A stretch of 60,494 nt of DNA, counting the filler, from Circinaria calcarea (taxonomy: Eukaryota): the NCBI GenBank assembly GCA_051942165.1. It is 9 parts of 9 records of this genome, joined end to end, with 100 filler letters (N's around TTAATTAATTAA, not from the genome) between each part and the next. Parts side by side here need not be neighbours in the genome. Positions count along the whole stretch, not along the records: positions 33,702 to 40,331 come from JAVECS010001534.1; positions 40,432 to 47,055 come from JAVECS010001535.1; 7 more parts are not named here. One strand, written 5' to 3'. Below are positions 33,702-46,111 of the stretch, one piece after another. Position 1 is the first letter of the stretch, and each line of letters starts with the position of its first letter. The notes beneath the pieces are model-generated. The model was not told where the DNA came from. It worked only from the letters and a program-made list of their open reading frames with translations, and did not search any database. The position numbers were made by a program, and so were the translations under genes.

Positions 33702-35328
33702 GGTCACTGACCTTTGGTTCTATAATCTTCAAGTACCGAACTTGAATCCCACTGGTTGTGAAGTAGGGTATCTCGAATTTGACACTGATTGGCCTCTTTC
33801 CTTTTCCTCCTTGCGCACCACCCATGCTGCCCCCAAACCCTCCTGTCATCCCCCCTCCGTGCTCATCATCACCCTTCACGGACGGCAGACCGAGTTCGGC
33901 TCGCATCAGGAACTCTTTGCTACCGCCGAATTGCTTGATCTTCCAAATGATGGCTGATTGCTCGGGCGCATAGTGGACCGAACCAACATTGGTGCGGAAG
34001 CGAGGTGAATCGGCATCTTCGGGGACGGGGACGAGGATCTCGACGTTGTTGGCTGTGGAGCGACGTTTGAATTGCGCGCGCGCCTGAAAAGAATGGGTTG
34101 TCAATTTCAAAATGTGATGGTGGCTTGGGATGACAACGCAGGTGGCTGACCTTTAGTACGTATTCTATTCGAGAACCGGAATGCGATCTCACTTCGCTCT
34201 CTACCCAGATTAGCGGCTTGACCTGCGTGTTTAGCCGATAACTCATGAGTTCGAATTCTCCATCCGGCGGGATGAAACTAATTGTCCTATCGTTTTCAAA
34301 CCTCGATAATCGAACACATTGGTGGAACTTTACATCCTCCATTTCCACCGCTTTTCCTCTTGTCGCTCTTCCCGTCGTCTCAAACATCGCTTTATCGTTT
34401 AGACCCAGCCGTAGTTCCGGCATTCCGGACAGATAGCACTTCATTTTCACAGCACCGAGGATTTCGGAGCGAAGGACGTTGCCGGTGGAGGAAACCAGCA
34501 GGTTGAGAGATTCGACAACGTCGAGGAAGACTTCGTTTTTTCGATAGCGGATGCCTTCGCTTCGCCAGGAGACGGCATTCGTGACGGCTATAGGGGGACG
34601 GGCTTGAACTTCGAGTTTGTGACTCTCTTGGGTGATGTATCTGCAGTCAAACCGACATACTTTAGCCAAAATGCTTCAAAGCCCTATTCCGCCCCCTTCT
34701 CTTAACCATGAACCCTAAGGATATGCATACTCTTGTAATATTTTCGTCTCCGTAGTCTGTGGGTACCCGAAATCCATCATCTCGTCTAGGAGTTCATAAA
34801 TGATGACAAAGTTATCCCGTATCGACTCTTCCTCCAGCTCTTTGAAGTATTCGGTGAAGACCTCGACGATCTTGTGAAGGAAAAGGAGGATTTCGGCGGC
34901 GTTGGTGTTACGTTTTGTAAGGGCGAGGAGGTAGAGGTTGTTATGGCGGATGTAAAGGTACTGTACGGTTGTGAGGTTTACGTTAGCTTGTAGATACCGG
35001 GGTAGGGAGGGCTTAGGGGGCGTTCCTAACGGAGGATAGAGAGAGGTAAAGGTCCGCGGAGAGAAAGAGCGAGAGAAAGGAATGTGTGAGAGAGGGAGAG
35101 TACATTTATTCCTTCGTCTGAGAAACAGGGCGCGACGGCGGAGCTCTCCTCTTCAGCTTCGGAGAGGAGGATGGGAAATTTCTCGACGGCGGACATGGGG
35201 ATGTCGCCGCGGTAGTTGCGGGCGAGGAGGGTCTAAGTGAAATATCAGTATAATTGGACTGCCTTGGAGGAGGAGAATGTCTAGTCTACCTTGCCCTTTA
35301 GGTCGAGGAAGAATACCGCTGATGCCAT
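33702..35328 (-). CDS. APM1: AP-1 clathrin adaptor medium subunit mu1; last exon missing at the contig end
   Basis: MASAVFFLDLKGK/TLLARNYRGDIPMSAVEKF, DNFVIIYELLDEMMDFGYPQTTE, VSWRSEGIRYRKNEVFLDV, SFIPPDGEFELMSYR, FEIPYFTTSGIQVRYLKIIEPK. Confidence 0.97.
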
Positions 35329-36075
35329 AGTTTGCCGTTTGCTGGCCTCGTGGGCCGTGATTAGTTTGGGAAGAGAGCTCAAGCGGATATCATGACTGAT
35401 TCGTCGAATTCATTTCGTGCCCCCAAAAGCATCATAAGCGTCAAATGTGTATCATAAACTCATGAACCTTACGCATAAGAGCTGTCGACTTCTTAGGTAT
35501 ACCTTATATTCATGTCCCATCATTCTATCCGTTACTAAATCTAGCTTAGTGTCATCTTCCAACTATCTATCCAAAAAAAATCCCTCCTTCGCTTCCCTGC
35601 TTTCTTCCTTTCCCTAAGAAATCAACGCGCCCAATAGACAGTGCAACCCACCAGCCTCACAATCCTTGGTTTCTGGCTTTCTGTCAGGAACCGCCCTGTG
35701 AATACGGCATTCAGATTGATGGGATTTTTGCGATTTGGCGGCTGCGGAGAGGGAAGTTTCTGGGTTACTATAAGAACTGGCTGAGCATTTGTTTTTTTTA
35801 TTGAAAAAGGACGCTGTTGCTTGGGCGGTGTCAGAGCAACCAAACAGATTGAGGTGATGAGGTGGGAGGGGACTTGATGGCAGAGTAATTGTGGTGGTGG
35901 ATTGGGGAGTGTGGCTCCGTTCAATGGGGTTCAGAATTTGTGGCTTTGGGTGAGATTGGTGGCCAGAAGTTGATATTTTTGATCTATTGGGTTGTTCTTT
36001 TGTATGTGGCTCGATATATCTACAGTTTATGATCGCTTAAAAACTATAATGACTGAAGTCACTGAAGAGTCCAGT

Positions 36076-36998
36076 TTACTTCAACCCCAAGGGCGCGATG
36101 ATTCGCTCTCTTGCTATCCGGTTTGCAACCTCCCCCCCGTTTTGTAATGATACAGCCCCGACTATCGCATATAATGCTTGTGACAATGCAAGGTCAGCGC
36201 CAGACGATTTCACGTGGTCGACCTTCAAGATGAGTGTTAGTCCTTTTGCTCAACATCCGTACGGTGTAACTATTTATCTCAGTCTAGGGGGAACATACCT
36301 TCTTCGGTTTCCACCGTAGCACACTGAGTAGGCCATAATTCTCCGCAACTGTAGCCAGTTTGCTCTTCTGCTGCAATTTACTCCTGGCGTCCTGGTTGAG
36401 AAGCGGTAATGTCTGGAGTGCTGCATGTTGGAAGGGTATTCGCCCGTATTTGTCTTGCACAGCAGGTCCAATGGTGCTCGAAGGTAAATTCAAGAGGCCA
36501 AGGCAGGTTTGTAAATCGACAATCCTTTTGCCTAAAGGGGAAGACAATTAGCCTTAGGAACCATTACACATCCAGATATTATATACCGAAAAAGGCCAGC
36601 CGATCGTTAAATCCCCTTCGGCCATGATCGAAGCTCTTGTGCGTCACAGCTAACCATTTCACTTCGTCCGTAAGCAGCTTATCCCCCTCACTACCCAAGA
36701 TCCGTATATAAACTTGATCTAGCCGCTCAGGATCCTCATTCACCCTATAAATATCCTCAGGATTTCTCGGTCGAAGGCGAAAAGGTGCCACCATCGCTGG
36801 CGGTGTCTGTTGCCATCTGGGACGACCCATCCTTACCCCCTCCAACTCTTGATGCTGTGTGTTTGAGGTAGTCAAGGGCCGTGGAGAATTAGGAGTTGCA
36901 TGTCGAAGCGCATTTTTGTAGGTAAATCGAGAGACCGGTCTTCTGCGTACTAGACGGAGTGCAGCGGCCATGGGAGGGAAAGCAGCTTTGGTAGACAT
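36076..36998 (-). CDS. MRPL15: Mitochondrial ribosomal protein mL57 (RNase III-like), 3 exons
   Basis: PRWQQTPPAMVAP, VNEDPERLD, VKWLAVTHKSFDHGRRGFNDRLAFFG/KRIV, RWKPKK, ALYAIVGAVSLQNGG. Confidence 0.92.
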
Positions 36999-37242
36999 GG
37001 CTTTGAGGACTTTTTGATACGAGCAAGTACTGGTCAATCAAGGTCTTGGCCTGTTTGATTGCAAATGAGTTTTGGAGCTCCCATTTGGCTTTCAAAAGCT
37101 CACCCGAAGCTAGACCTGAAATCGTAGCAAATTGATTTCACGTCTTCGCGAGTCGCGTCCTCCTTGGCGTACCGGCTTCACAGTATCGATCGTTAAGGTC
37201 CGTTGCTCCTCTCTATCCTTTGCTACTCCAAGTCAAGAGATC

Positions 37243-38952
37243 ATGGATGCACCACGCTCCACGCTTGCATTTCGCCTTGCTCAGGATCTTCCTCAAGAAC
37301 TTCGCTTCATCGTCCACCATTTGTCATCACCGCCGACTGAGTGCCCCGCAATCTTCTCACCTCCTCCAGGTGAAGACGCGGAGCAGACTTACTGCGAATC
37401 GCATTTCCTAAGTGTCTCGGTTGATCACAATGGCAGTCTACTACAAGCTTTTGCGATTGAAGCCCTTATATACACTACCAGAGACCTTACCACCTTGTTC
37501 ATCTCGAAAGCGGATTCGACTGGCTATCTTCACCTTCTACATTTTCCCAAAGCGCATGGATCCCCCTTGAGGACCTGTTTGACAACATTTCTATTCTACC
37601 TGGTTGAAAGTAGATACAGGCCAGGGGTACGTTTGGTCATATCTCTCTTCGCCAGAGCTCAAGATCAATACTTATTCCCAGGGAGCATTGAAAACGACAA
37701 GAAACACGTATTAGACGATAGAGGTTTAATACGTTGGTGGTCTGAAATAGTGGATGCGATCTTGCGGAGATATCCAAGAAAAGCCACAGAAGCGTTGGGG
37801 GACAGTAACGAGCAGTTTGACGTGTTGATACCTGAAGGATATCTCAAAGTACCTGGTTGTGATCTGTACGAGACAAAGTCTTTCCTCCCTGCCAACGCAC
37901 GCCTTGAACGGGGGAATCCATTGTGGAAACCGGAGGACCCGTTGCGCACTATCGGCAAGTCGCCTTGTGTTCCAGAACGATGCCTCATACCTCGATTTCC
38001 GGATGACCCCAAGGCTCGTTTCCTTATAGACCTAGACGATGAGCTACCGGAGAATCGGACACAAGACCATGAGAGTCCCTCCAAAGGTCAAGCCCCTGGA
38101 AAGTGGAGAAGTGTTCGTAGTATTGAACAGTTTTGGGAAATGATGGCTTTTAGGCAAGAATGTGCCGCTGGTCGTCTCGTGGGCTTTATTTGGGGAGTCT
38201 TAACCCCCCTGAAATTAGTCCAGCGACCATACAATGCCTTGAATCACGCCACTGAGCCAGCGATCAGAAATTATTCTGGAGATATTGCATTGCCAACACC
38301 AGATCATTCCCAAGACCAAGAAAGAATGAGCCCTTTACCAGAGTCGCCATTACTTAAATCTAGTCCTCCTCCAGAACTTCCAAGGTTTCCTCTTGGTTCA
38401 TCGCAAGTCCAACCTCTTAATTCTCGACCGGCTGCTCCGTTAAACTTGGAAACAATACTCTCTGATGATATCGTGGAACATGCACCGTCTATACTGGAGG
38501 AGATGGACATGGTGGAGAAGCAAGGATCTAGCCTTTCAGAGGCATATTACTGGCCCAATACTTGTCGTGGGGAGCTGGTACTCGCAGAAGCAGATTACAA
38601 GAGCGTAAACGACCTGCTTCTCACTTTAGATTACGCCGATGAAATTCTTGCAGCGACAAGTACCAAGGAATGGGTCGACGCGGTAGCCAAGGCAGCAAGA
38701 GTGGCCTCTTGGGGCCTGGTTGTCATTGGTCAGAAGCCTTTTGTGAATCCTATCTTGTTGGAGGCTTCGGCAGGCACTGCCTCATCGCTACCCAACCCTA
38801 TGATGGTTAGAAAGAAGAAACGGCTTAATGATACCGATTTGCTAAGTTCTTTGGATGATAAGAATAGCGAAAGTCTGGTGAAAGTTCTCAGTTCCGGGCT
38901 AGTGAGGAAGAAGCCTAAAACGATCAGTTTTGATTTGAACGGTAGCGGATGA
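37243..38952 (+). CDS. RTT109: Histone H3K56 acetyltransferase, intronless
   Basis: SKADSTG, LFARAQDQYLFPGS, KHVLDDRGLIRWW, IPRFPDDPKARF, FWEMMAFRQEC and C-terminal LVRKKPK. Confidence 0.95.
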   Translation: MDAPRSTLAFRLAQDLPQELRFIVHHLSSPPTECPAIFSPPPGEDAEQTYCESHFLSVSVDHNGSLLQAFAIEALIYTTRDLTTLFISKADSTGYLHLLHFPKAHGSPLRTCLTTFLFYLVESRYRPGVRLVISLFARAQDQYLFPGSIENDKKHVLDDRGLIRWWSEIVDAILRRYPRKATEALGDSNEQFDVLIPEGYLKVPGCDLYETKSFLPANARLERGNPLWKPEDPLRTIGKSPCVPERCLIPRFPDDPKARFLIDLDDELPENRTQDHESPSKGQAPGKWRSVRSIEQFWEMMAFRQECAAGRLVGFIWGVLTPLKLVQRPYNALNHATEPAIRNYSGDIALPTPDHSQDQERMSPLPESPLLKSSPPPELPRFPLGSSQVQPLNSRPAAPLNLETILSDDIVEHAPSILEEMDMVEKQGSSLSEAYYWPNTCRGELVLAEADYKSVNDLLLTLDYADEILAATSTKEWVDAVAKAARVASWGLVVIGQKPFVNPILLEASAGTASSLPNPMMVRKKKRLNDTDLLSSLDDKNSESLVKVLSSGLVRKKPKTISFDLNGSG

Positions 38953-40331
38953 ATCTGGGAACATCGGTTATGAGCACGAACAGATTCATTTGGCAAGTCA
39001 GATTGAAAGAACTTGGTGGAGTTCTCCTGCTATTCATATTACAGCATCCATGATATGAAAGTCTCTACAGTCAGGACTTATTTGCTAGTGTGTTACTATC
39101 TACAAGGTTGGTGGGCGAATGTCCAAGCTGAAATCATGTGTGACAGAAAGGATCAGGTGTGAAATGGAAGGTCTGAGAGCTGGATTTTATCTTGAAGCCC
39201 TGCTCAAGCATCTCAACTAAACAAGTATCTATCTCCGGGGAAGATTGTCGACACCAAACGGATGCGTTTCACATTACCATAAACAGAAACTACGCCTACC
39301 AACAGAGCACCTGCCAATTTTCCTTCTCGCAATACGCCATTTACCGGTTGGAAGCTCTCAGTATCCATCATCCAACGTCCTACCTTCTCCAGTATTTAAG
39401 CCAATCCCTAACACCAAAACCCCAAACCAGTTAGAGAACGGTTTAGCAGACTGCGGCGTCTGTGGGGCTTATTACAGTAAAGACGCCCTAATATCCTAGA
39501 GGATACAAGGCTTACCTACCATTATCCCAACCCAAGGTCATAAAGCTAGGGTTCCAACGCACGGTGAACGATATGCCTGGATCGAATGAACTGCAATCAA
39601 GCCCACGTTCGCCCATCAGTGGTTTTACATAGGACGGTCGACAACGGGTTGGGTAAACGGACGAGTCAGTCGATCATATAAAAGCGGGTGTCAGAGAAGA
39701 ACACCTAAAAGCTACTCGCCAAAGCACCATGTTAAACATTGAATATATATTTGACTAGCTTCAAACAAAGGAAGACTTGGAAACCCTGCTGTTTAGGTTT
39801 CAATAACCAAAGCGTGTGTAACCAGCGCATTTACTTCCGCAAAACAGCAACTCATCCTACCCGTAAATTCTAAAACCAAGATCGAATCTCCCTTTTTCAC
39901 CCTCCCACAGCCCGTTCGCCATCCCTCCTTTCAAAAATATAATCTTGACCGCTTGCATCCCTCCTATCCCTATCCCTATCCCTATCCGTCCCTTTCCCCT
40001 CCAACCACCTCCCTCAGACCTTTTTTGATCAAAAACTCCTTCCGTGCCACTCTCCGTTTATTTCCTATTCCTCCTTAGCACAAAGAGGGTACGGGACTGA
40101 ATCCGCCTTCCGCTTAGACTTAGGCTTGTGGTTAGTGTTAGTGTTAGCAAAGCGAAAGTTGTCGGAATGAAACGAAACGTGGGGAGCGAGAGGAGAGGGG
40201 AGGAGGAGGGCTAGACCAAGCATGTGCTTCGGAACAAGAGCGATTCGTCCCAATTTGCTTGGCCGGTAAAACTCGGGGTTCAAGGGGGCTTGCAACGTTG
40301 GGATGTCGCCCCGGGGGGGTAAGGAGGGGGA

Positions 40332-40431
40332 NNNNNNNNNNNNNNNNNNNNNNNNNNNNNNNNNNNNNNNNNNNNTTAATTAATTAANNNNNNNNNNNNN
40401 NNNNNNNNNNNNNNNNNNNNNNNNNNNNNNN
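40332..40431. other. Artificial contig spacer
   Basis: N44-TTAATTAATTAA-N44. Confidence 0.99.
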
Positions 40432-41888
40432 CGTGGCAATAGCGCCGCTGGTCGCCGAACTCGCGACCAAGACCGTGATGCCCTCGCTGACGAGGACCGT
40501 GGTGGGTGTCGAGGGCGGGCAGGATGTGAGCTGGCAGTCTCGACCGACGCGGCAGCAGGAGCCGGCGTTATAATATGCGGCACATTGGTAGAAACCGGTT
40601 GGGCAGGTGGAGGCGGTGATGGTGGCCGGTAAGGATGAGATTGTGCTGACGGTAGAAGTGGAAGTGGCGAGAGAAGTAGGGCGGATGGGGGCGCCGACGA
40701 GGACGGTACTGGACGTGGAGGTTGACGGACCAATACATGCGACACTACCACACGTGTAGCCGGAGGTACAGCACCCGCCGCCAAGGCTAGCGGCACAGCT
40801 TTGGAAGCCAGGGGAGCAGGTTATTGATGGAAGAGCAGAGGGTGATGTTGATGGCGGAGGCGTTGTGCTTGTGCTTAGAGGCAATGAGGATGATATGGTA
40901 GGGGACGAGGAGGATACAGAAGCTGGAACGGATGAAGTTGACGAGGGTCCCGGAGCAGTGGTGGTCTGTAGGGATGCGCTTGTAGATGTAGAAGCAACAA
41001 CCGTAGGTTGGACGACTACTACCGCGGTTGAGGCGAGAATACCTGAGTAAATCTTCAGCAACATCTTCTACGTTTACTCAACAGCTAGAGACTCACATCC
41101 AATACCCGCACACGTATACCCCGGAAGACAACAGCCTATTAAAGTATGAATCAGTCTAACTTACTATAGAAAGAACTTTCCAGATCAATCTTACCTCCTC
41201 CATAGCTTCCCGGGCAAAGTGTATAGCCCTGTTGACAGCCTACCACCTGGCCGCTGCTACAATTTACCCCGGGAGCGCAGCAACCCACACCCCCTGAACC
41301 GGTATCCGTGACACCTATGCAGGTGGTTCCAGTAGGACAGCAGCTATTAGGAAAGCCCACATCGAGACAGTCCGACGTATTCGTAGGACACTGAAAGTCA
41401 CGACGGTCTAATTCTGCGAATGGCGTCCTCCAAAGTCTTCGAAGGAGAGGATTTGAGATAATCGGCTGTTTGTAATGAAGTGGGAACGGTGGTTGAAGGA
41501 ACCATGGTAAAGAAGCATTCTTCCCCGGCTCTGCGCTATCCGTCTCTTCATACTGTTGATACAACGGCGGCGTTCTCCTGTTCACATCTGGGTTCGGCTG
41601 GTCTGACCAGGACGCATCATCCCCCAGGTCAAATTGCCAATAATCCAAAAAGAACATCTCTCCCTCATCTATGCTCATCTTGCGGACGCCTCGGGGCTTG
41701 TCTTCTACCAACTTCCTGTGTATCTCGACATTCCTCCGGACCATAGCTTCATCTTCGGGGAAGTACTTGACATGAGGTGGGAGGTTGTAAGGCCATTGAA
41801 CATCGATAGCTGATGTTTGTGCCGGGGCGGCGGAGAGAAGTAGGAGGAGGGACAGTGGTAGGGAGAGAAGGGTAGATGAATTGCGCAT
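40432..41888 (-). CDS. Secreted Cys-rich, Ser/Thr-rich cell-surface protein (probably GPI-anchored), 3' truncated
   Basis: Signal peptide, VRKMSIDEGEMFFLDYW motif, repeated C..G...C....GGCC..GY.C modules and an S/T-rich linker; exons at about 41888-41195, 41135-41098 and 41043-40432. Confidence 0.85.
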
Positions 41889-42819
41889 TGATTTTCAAGC
41901 TTCCTTCGAGACTTGGAGTAGAGAATGATAACTACCAAAGCCGGTCTAAATCACCTTATTTGCAATAACAACGAATGATGCTACTAATACTAATGCTTGA
42001 ATCGATAAAATTCTATCTTTATTCGACTGTGGAACAGGGGGTTTTGAGCAGTCAGATGATAATATATACAGAGGAAGTGAATCTCTTACGGTCATATGCT
42101 AGGAACTCGGGATATATTTACGGGGCATAAAAGTCGCGATATCAAGTTTGCCATATGGGTTGAGGCCGGTAGGGCTGAAGTGGCTGGTTATCGCTCCGGG
42201 GGGCTGGTGCCACTGCCATACAGTTCTTTGAACTCCCTGTCGGGACGAATTCGACATGATTTAGAATTACTTGGTCACATAGCTACCAAACGCTGTAATA
42301 ACGACTGAGACTTGACTTCGTGATAGTAAGTCCGCAATTTTGATCAATGAAATAACAATTTCAAAAGGAGACATGAGGGTTACCATAAGCCGACCTTCTT
42401 CCTCCCGTTGAACTGCAGTAAAGACGACCAGGAGAAGGTAGTGGTACGGCGGATGTCTAGTGCGAGGCTCATTCATTGCTATGGAGCTAGATGAGATATC
42501 TATCCCGGAGCAGTTCTTCCCTATACCATACTGATAATCTGTCAATAAGTTTCGAGTCCCTTCAAAAGGGTTACATCTATCCTGCAATCGCTGAGTATGG
42601 TTTGAGTTGGTCAGTCTAAGCGAGGTTGTTTGTTGGTGTATTTAATTTATGGATTATGGATGGCGTGTGAACCAAGCTCAACTATCTATGCCTTGCTCGT
42701 AAGCATAGCAATTCAACCCGCCTTGCCCAACCATGTAACTCCAGTGCGAGCCCTACTTCATTACTAAGAGTGGAAACAATTTATCCTCAGTTTGCACTTC
42801 GGCTTCCCTAACTTTCCGT

Positions 42820-43415
42820 TTATGACTTGCTCAATCTTCGCCCAAACCATCCTCTCAACCCACCCACTGCGATCGGTGCTGTGGCTACACCGGCGACCCC
42901 AGCTCCACCAGCGGCAACACCACTCAGCGCAGCCCCTCCCATCGCCGCACTTTGGAAGAAGGCGAATGCACTGCCAGCTGGAACAGAACCGATGGATGCT
43001 TGCAAACCTGCTGCGATAGATCCTGTTCCGTCAGTCAGTAAAACACACGGAATGAAGTAGTAATAGTATCGGGTAAAATATCAGAAGGGGAAACTCGCGA
43101 AGTCATGGGCGACATACCTCCCACAGGACCTAGCGACCCGAACCCCAGGAGAGCTAGAGGACCGCCTATGATGACCGAGGGGACGACTGCAGCAGATGTC
43201 CCCAAGACTTGGAGGCTGAAGATGATAGGATGGTGTCTTGGGTAGGAGACAATCGTGGTCTTTAGCTTGAGTACCGCTTCCTTGCCCTTTCCGAGGGTAT
43301 TGGCCGGGACGGCTCGAGCTCCAAGGTGGCTAAAGTACTTTCTCCACACCGAAGCGGTTTCTGGCTCCTTTGCCAATCCTTGGAATGCTCTCAATTGAGA
43401 TTTGAGTGCTTGCAT
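42820..43415 (-). CDS. Small Gly/Ala-rich membrane protein with an Ifi-6-16/ISG12-like motif, 2 exons (intron 43023-43117)
   Basis: The spliced product contains LALLGFGSLGPVG/GSIAAGLQASIGSVPAGSAFAFFQSAAMGGAA; canonical GTATGT...CTGAC...CAG intron. Confidence 0.75.
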
Positions 43416-43731
43416 AGTTTGATGTGACAGATTGAATTACAGGAACAATGATTAAAGGGGGCGGTGATGGTATTAGAGACTGGTGAGTATGTCGCTGAAG
43501 GTGGCACGGTGGATGTGCGTCCAGGTTACACAAACATGCGGGGTTTCGAGCCGAGCCCGATATTCTAGGGCTTTCCTGCGAACACAAGTTGGGAGAGGGA
43601 CATGACATTTTAGTAAACGAGCTTACAAGCTGCATTACCTTAGTACTCGGGCGAGAAACATTCAGATTATGGCTAGAAAAGTAATCAGCGTAAAGATCTG
43701 GCACCAAGTTACCTTTTGCCTCATTACTTTT

Positions 43732-44298
43732 CTAGAACAAATTGCTAGCACAGGCTGTCTCCATATGCAACGCATGAGCCATCCCAATCATTCCCCGCGT
43801 CTTCTGGTACTGCTGGGTCAACCGTCCCATCACACCTATCTTCAGCCTCCCTCTATCCCCTAAATCCGTAGATCCTCCCCCCATGCTATTCAGCACGCAC
43901 TGCCTGATCACCTCCAGCGCCTTCGTGCCCACTGTGGCTAAGCTGGTCGAGTCCTCCATGTTGCGGTATATCCGGTCGAGATCGAGCATGATGACGCAGT
44001 CACCGTCCACCCAGATTTTCGGCAGGTCGTAGGGGGCGGAGTGGGGGTTGTAGGAGAATGTGTGTACGCTGGAGGGGTTGGCGCAGCTGTAGAGGTGGGT
44101 GCGAATTATGCGGTAGCAGTCTGGGGCGGAAACGAAGCGGTTGGCGATGGGGTGCATTGCATCATCGAAGCAGGTAATGGTGTCGCGGGAGACAAGGGGG
44201 AAGGGAGGTGTGGGGTCCAAGGGAGTCAGGGGAACCGCGTAGATAGGGGAGGAGAGAGTGAAAATGACAGGAAGAATAAAGAGGATAGGAATAAACAT
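43732..44298 (-). CDS. Small secreted Cys-containing protein (effector-like)
   Basis: Signal peptide MFIPILFILPVIFTLSSPIYA, short pro-region ending SR, then C..C...LP..W..GDC.I.LD...C...GG pattern; the exact 3' end is uncertain. Confidence 0.75.
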   Translation of the reverse strand: MFIPILFILPVIFTLSSPIYAVPLTPLDPTPPFPLVSRDTITCFDDAMHPIANRFVSAPDCYRIIRTHLYSCANPSSVHTFSYNPHSAPYDLPKIWVDGDCVIMLDLDRIYRNMEDSTSLATVGTKALEVIRQCVLNSMGGGSTDLGDRGRLKIGVMGRLTQQYQKTRGMIGMAHALHMETACASNLF

Positions 44299-44989
44299 GC
44301 TTGTGTTTTCCTAGGTGCGCTGGAGTGGTAAAGATGAGATTTCTAAGTGCCAGCCGTACCAAAAATTGCTACATATCCCTCTTTTAAGAATTCGACTGAA
44401 AAATGAGACGGCTGTACTTACATATATCGTACATATTGCTCCTTGGAACAGCCTGTGTCTGAAACGCAGAACTCGGATATCGCATAACGAACCTTTATGG
44501 TGGATTGAACGAGAAGCGCTTATCCGGGCAAGTCGATTTGAATGAGGTGAGGTTGGGCACTTTGGCATCGAAGCAGAATAGACTTATCTGCAGTGGAATC
44601 TGGCGGGGGTCCAATCTGGCTTAGGGCGCGAAATCGCTGACCTTTCGGAAATGGCAAGGCTTTTTATTCTGCAGCCGTATTTTTGATTGAAAGTTGAGAC
44701 TGTATGTGAAACCGTTCGTGACTCAGGTAGCCGCAGGAACTGGTCAAGAATGGAGCTGGGTTGAACACGAGTCGGAATCCCATAAGAGAGCTTGGTTCCT
44801 TACACAGTGTATAGAGGTTGCAGGAAAACCCTTCAGCTTCATAGATCGCCAGACACCAAAGGATGGACAATGGCTGCCGATCTCTTCAATTTCTCGTTGT
44901 AGAACATCACATCTCACAATTCTGTTTTCCAACTTCCATACCACCGTTCGTGATAGTCCCATGGAAGGCAGATCATTTCCATTCCATCA

Positions 44990-46111
44990 ATCCGCTGCTT
45001 TGACCCTTGCGCCATTGCCGGTGTGGGACCAACACCGGATCCAACAATCCCCCGCCCTCGTATATTCTAGTTTGTGCTTTATCGATCAGATCCGCGCCTA
45101 GAAGCTCCCGAAGCACTTCGAATAATCTTTTATCAAAGGCTCAACCATCAAGGAAGACCAGATGCGAGATTACGTCTGGTGGGTCAGCATCTGCATACGG
45201 GATCGAGAAAGCAATGACCTTTTCAACCATAACTTTGATATTCTCCCAGTCCCCCTTGAAGTATGAGGGAATTAAGGTTTGAGAGAGTGTCAGCTCCTAA
45301 TTCAGTATTGTGATACTGCTGCAGTTCCTCTTGCCCTCCATCTTTCATTACCCACAGGACAGCGCTTAGAGCTGCTCGGCTGAAGTCCACCGTTAGAGTG
45401 AGCTAGGTTTCCCTACGCTCAAGGCCGCAAAACCATGTATCGGTGCAATTTTCAATGCCACTTGCTCTCATTGCGGCAAGGCTTGACGGGCTGAATCCGC
45501 CTAAGGTGCGTTCAAGGCCCGCTGCTTGGGAAGCCCCAAGTATGGGAGAGGAATATGCTGGTAGACGGAGTTGGCTATGTTAAGATAGGTATGCTTAATT
45601 GGGCAGTGGGCGTACGACTCGGTAGATAATGTAAAGGTACGCAACATAGTCTCTGAAGGATAGATGGAAGCGGATTTCCGGCGGTTCCATGGGCGTAGTG
45701 TGTCTTAGAGATGATGTCCGCGCATTTCATTGCCGTTTCCCACCAGGAATGGAGGCTCGAGGCCTGATTGCCATGGAGAGAAGGCGGTGTTGTTTCGTTC
45801 ACTTTGGCATCAGGCATTTTTATGTTGGGCTTCCTTCAATCTTGCAACGACAACCACCTTGCCATCAGCGTGATAAACGGCGGATACCCTGCAGAGGATC
45901 AGGATTTGATCTCTATGGACACGGTGGTGGGAAGTATATATATCCTCACCCATAGTCTAGGGTCAAGCCGAAGCCCACGGCCGGATAGAACTAGCTGAGG
46001 GCCATCTAGATAATGACATGTTTGACAGACGGTAGTCGAACGTACTGCGGCATACGAAACGACAAGGTTCAAGTATAGGTAAACGCCGAAAAAGGATAAG
46101 AAGCGATACAT
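44990..46111 (-). pseudogene. Multi-lesion pseudogene of an uncharacterised secreted fungal protein family
   Basis: Spliced reconstruction: signal peptide/FYPAVGFGLTLDYG/VSAVYHADGKVVVVA(fs)IEGSPT*KCLM...ET*LTLTVDFSRAALSAVLW...YHNTELGAD...ISHLVFLDG*AFDKRLFEVLRELLGADL...DPV; stops at 45403 and 45141. Confidence 0.65.

Noticed and set aside
37132..37242. N-terminal extension of RTT109
   Set aside because: It starts at a non-ATG codon inside the short shared promoter; the conserved region begins at the ATG at 37243
39055..39475. RNase MRP RNA (GAAAGTCTCT ... GGGGCTTA)
   Set aside because: The P4 match needs several wobbles, the conserved AC of CR-V is missing and no other helices are evident; an Infernal RF00030 search would settle it
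39960..39990. Telomere-like (CCCTAT)n
   Set aside because: Only about 4 units, not CCCTAA, and internal; a simple repeat
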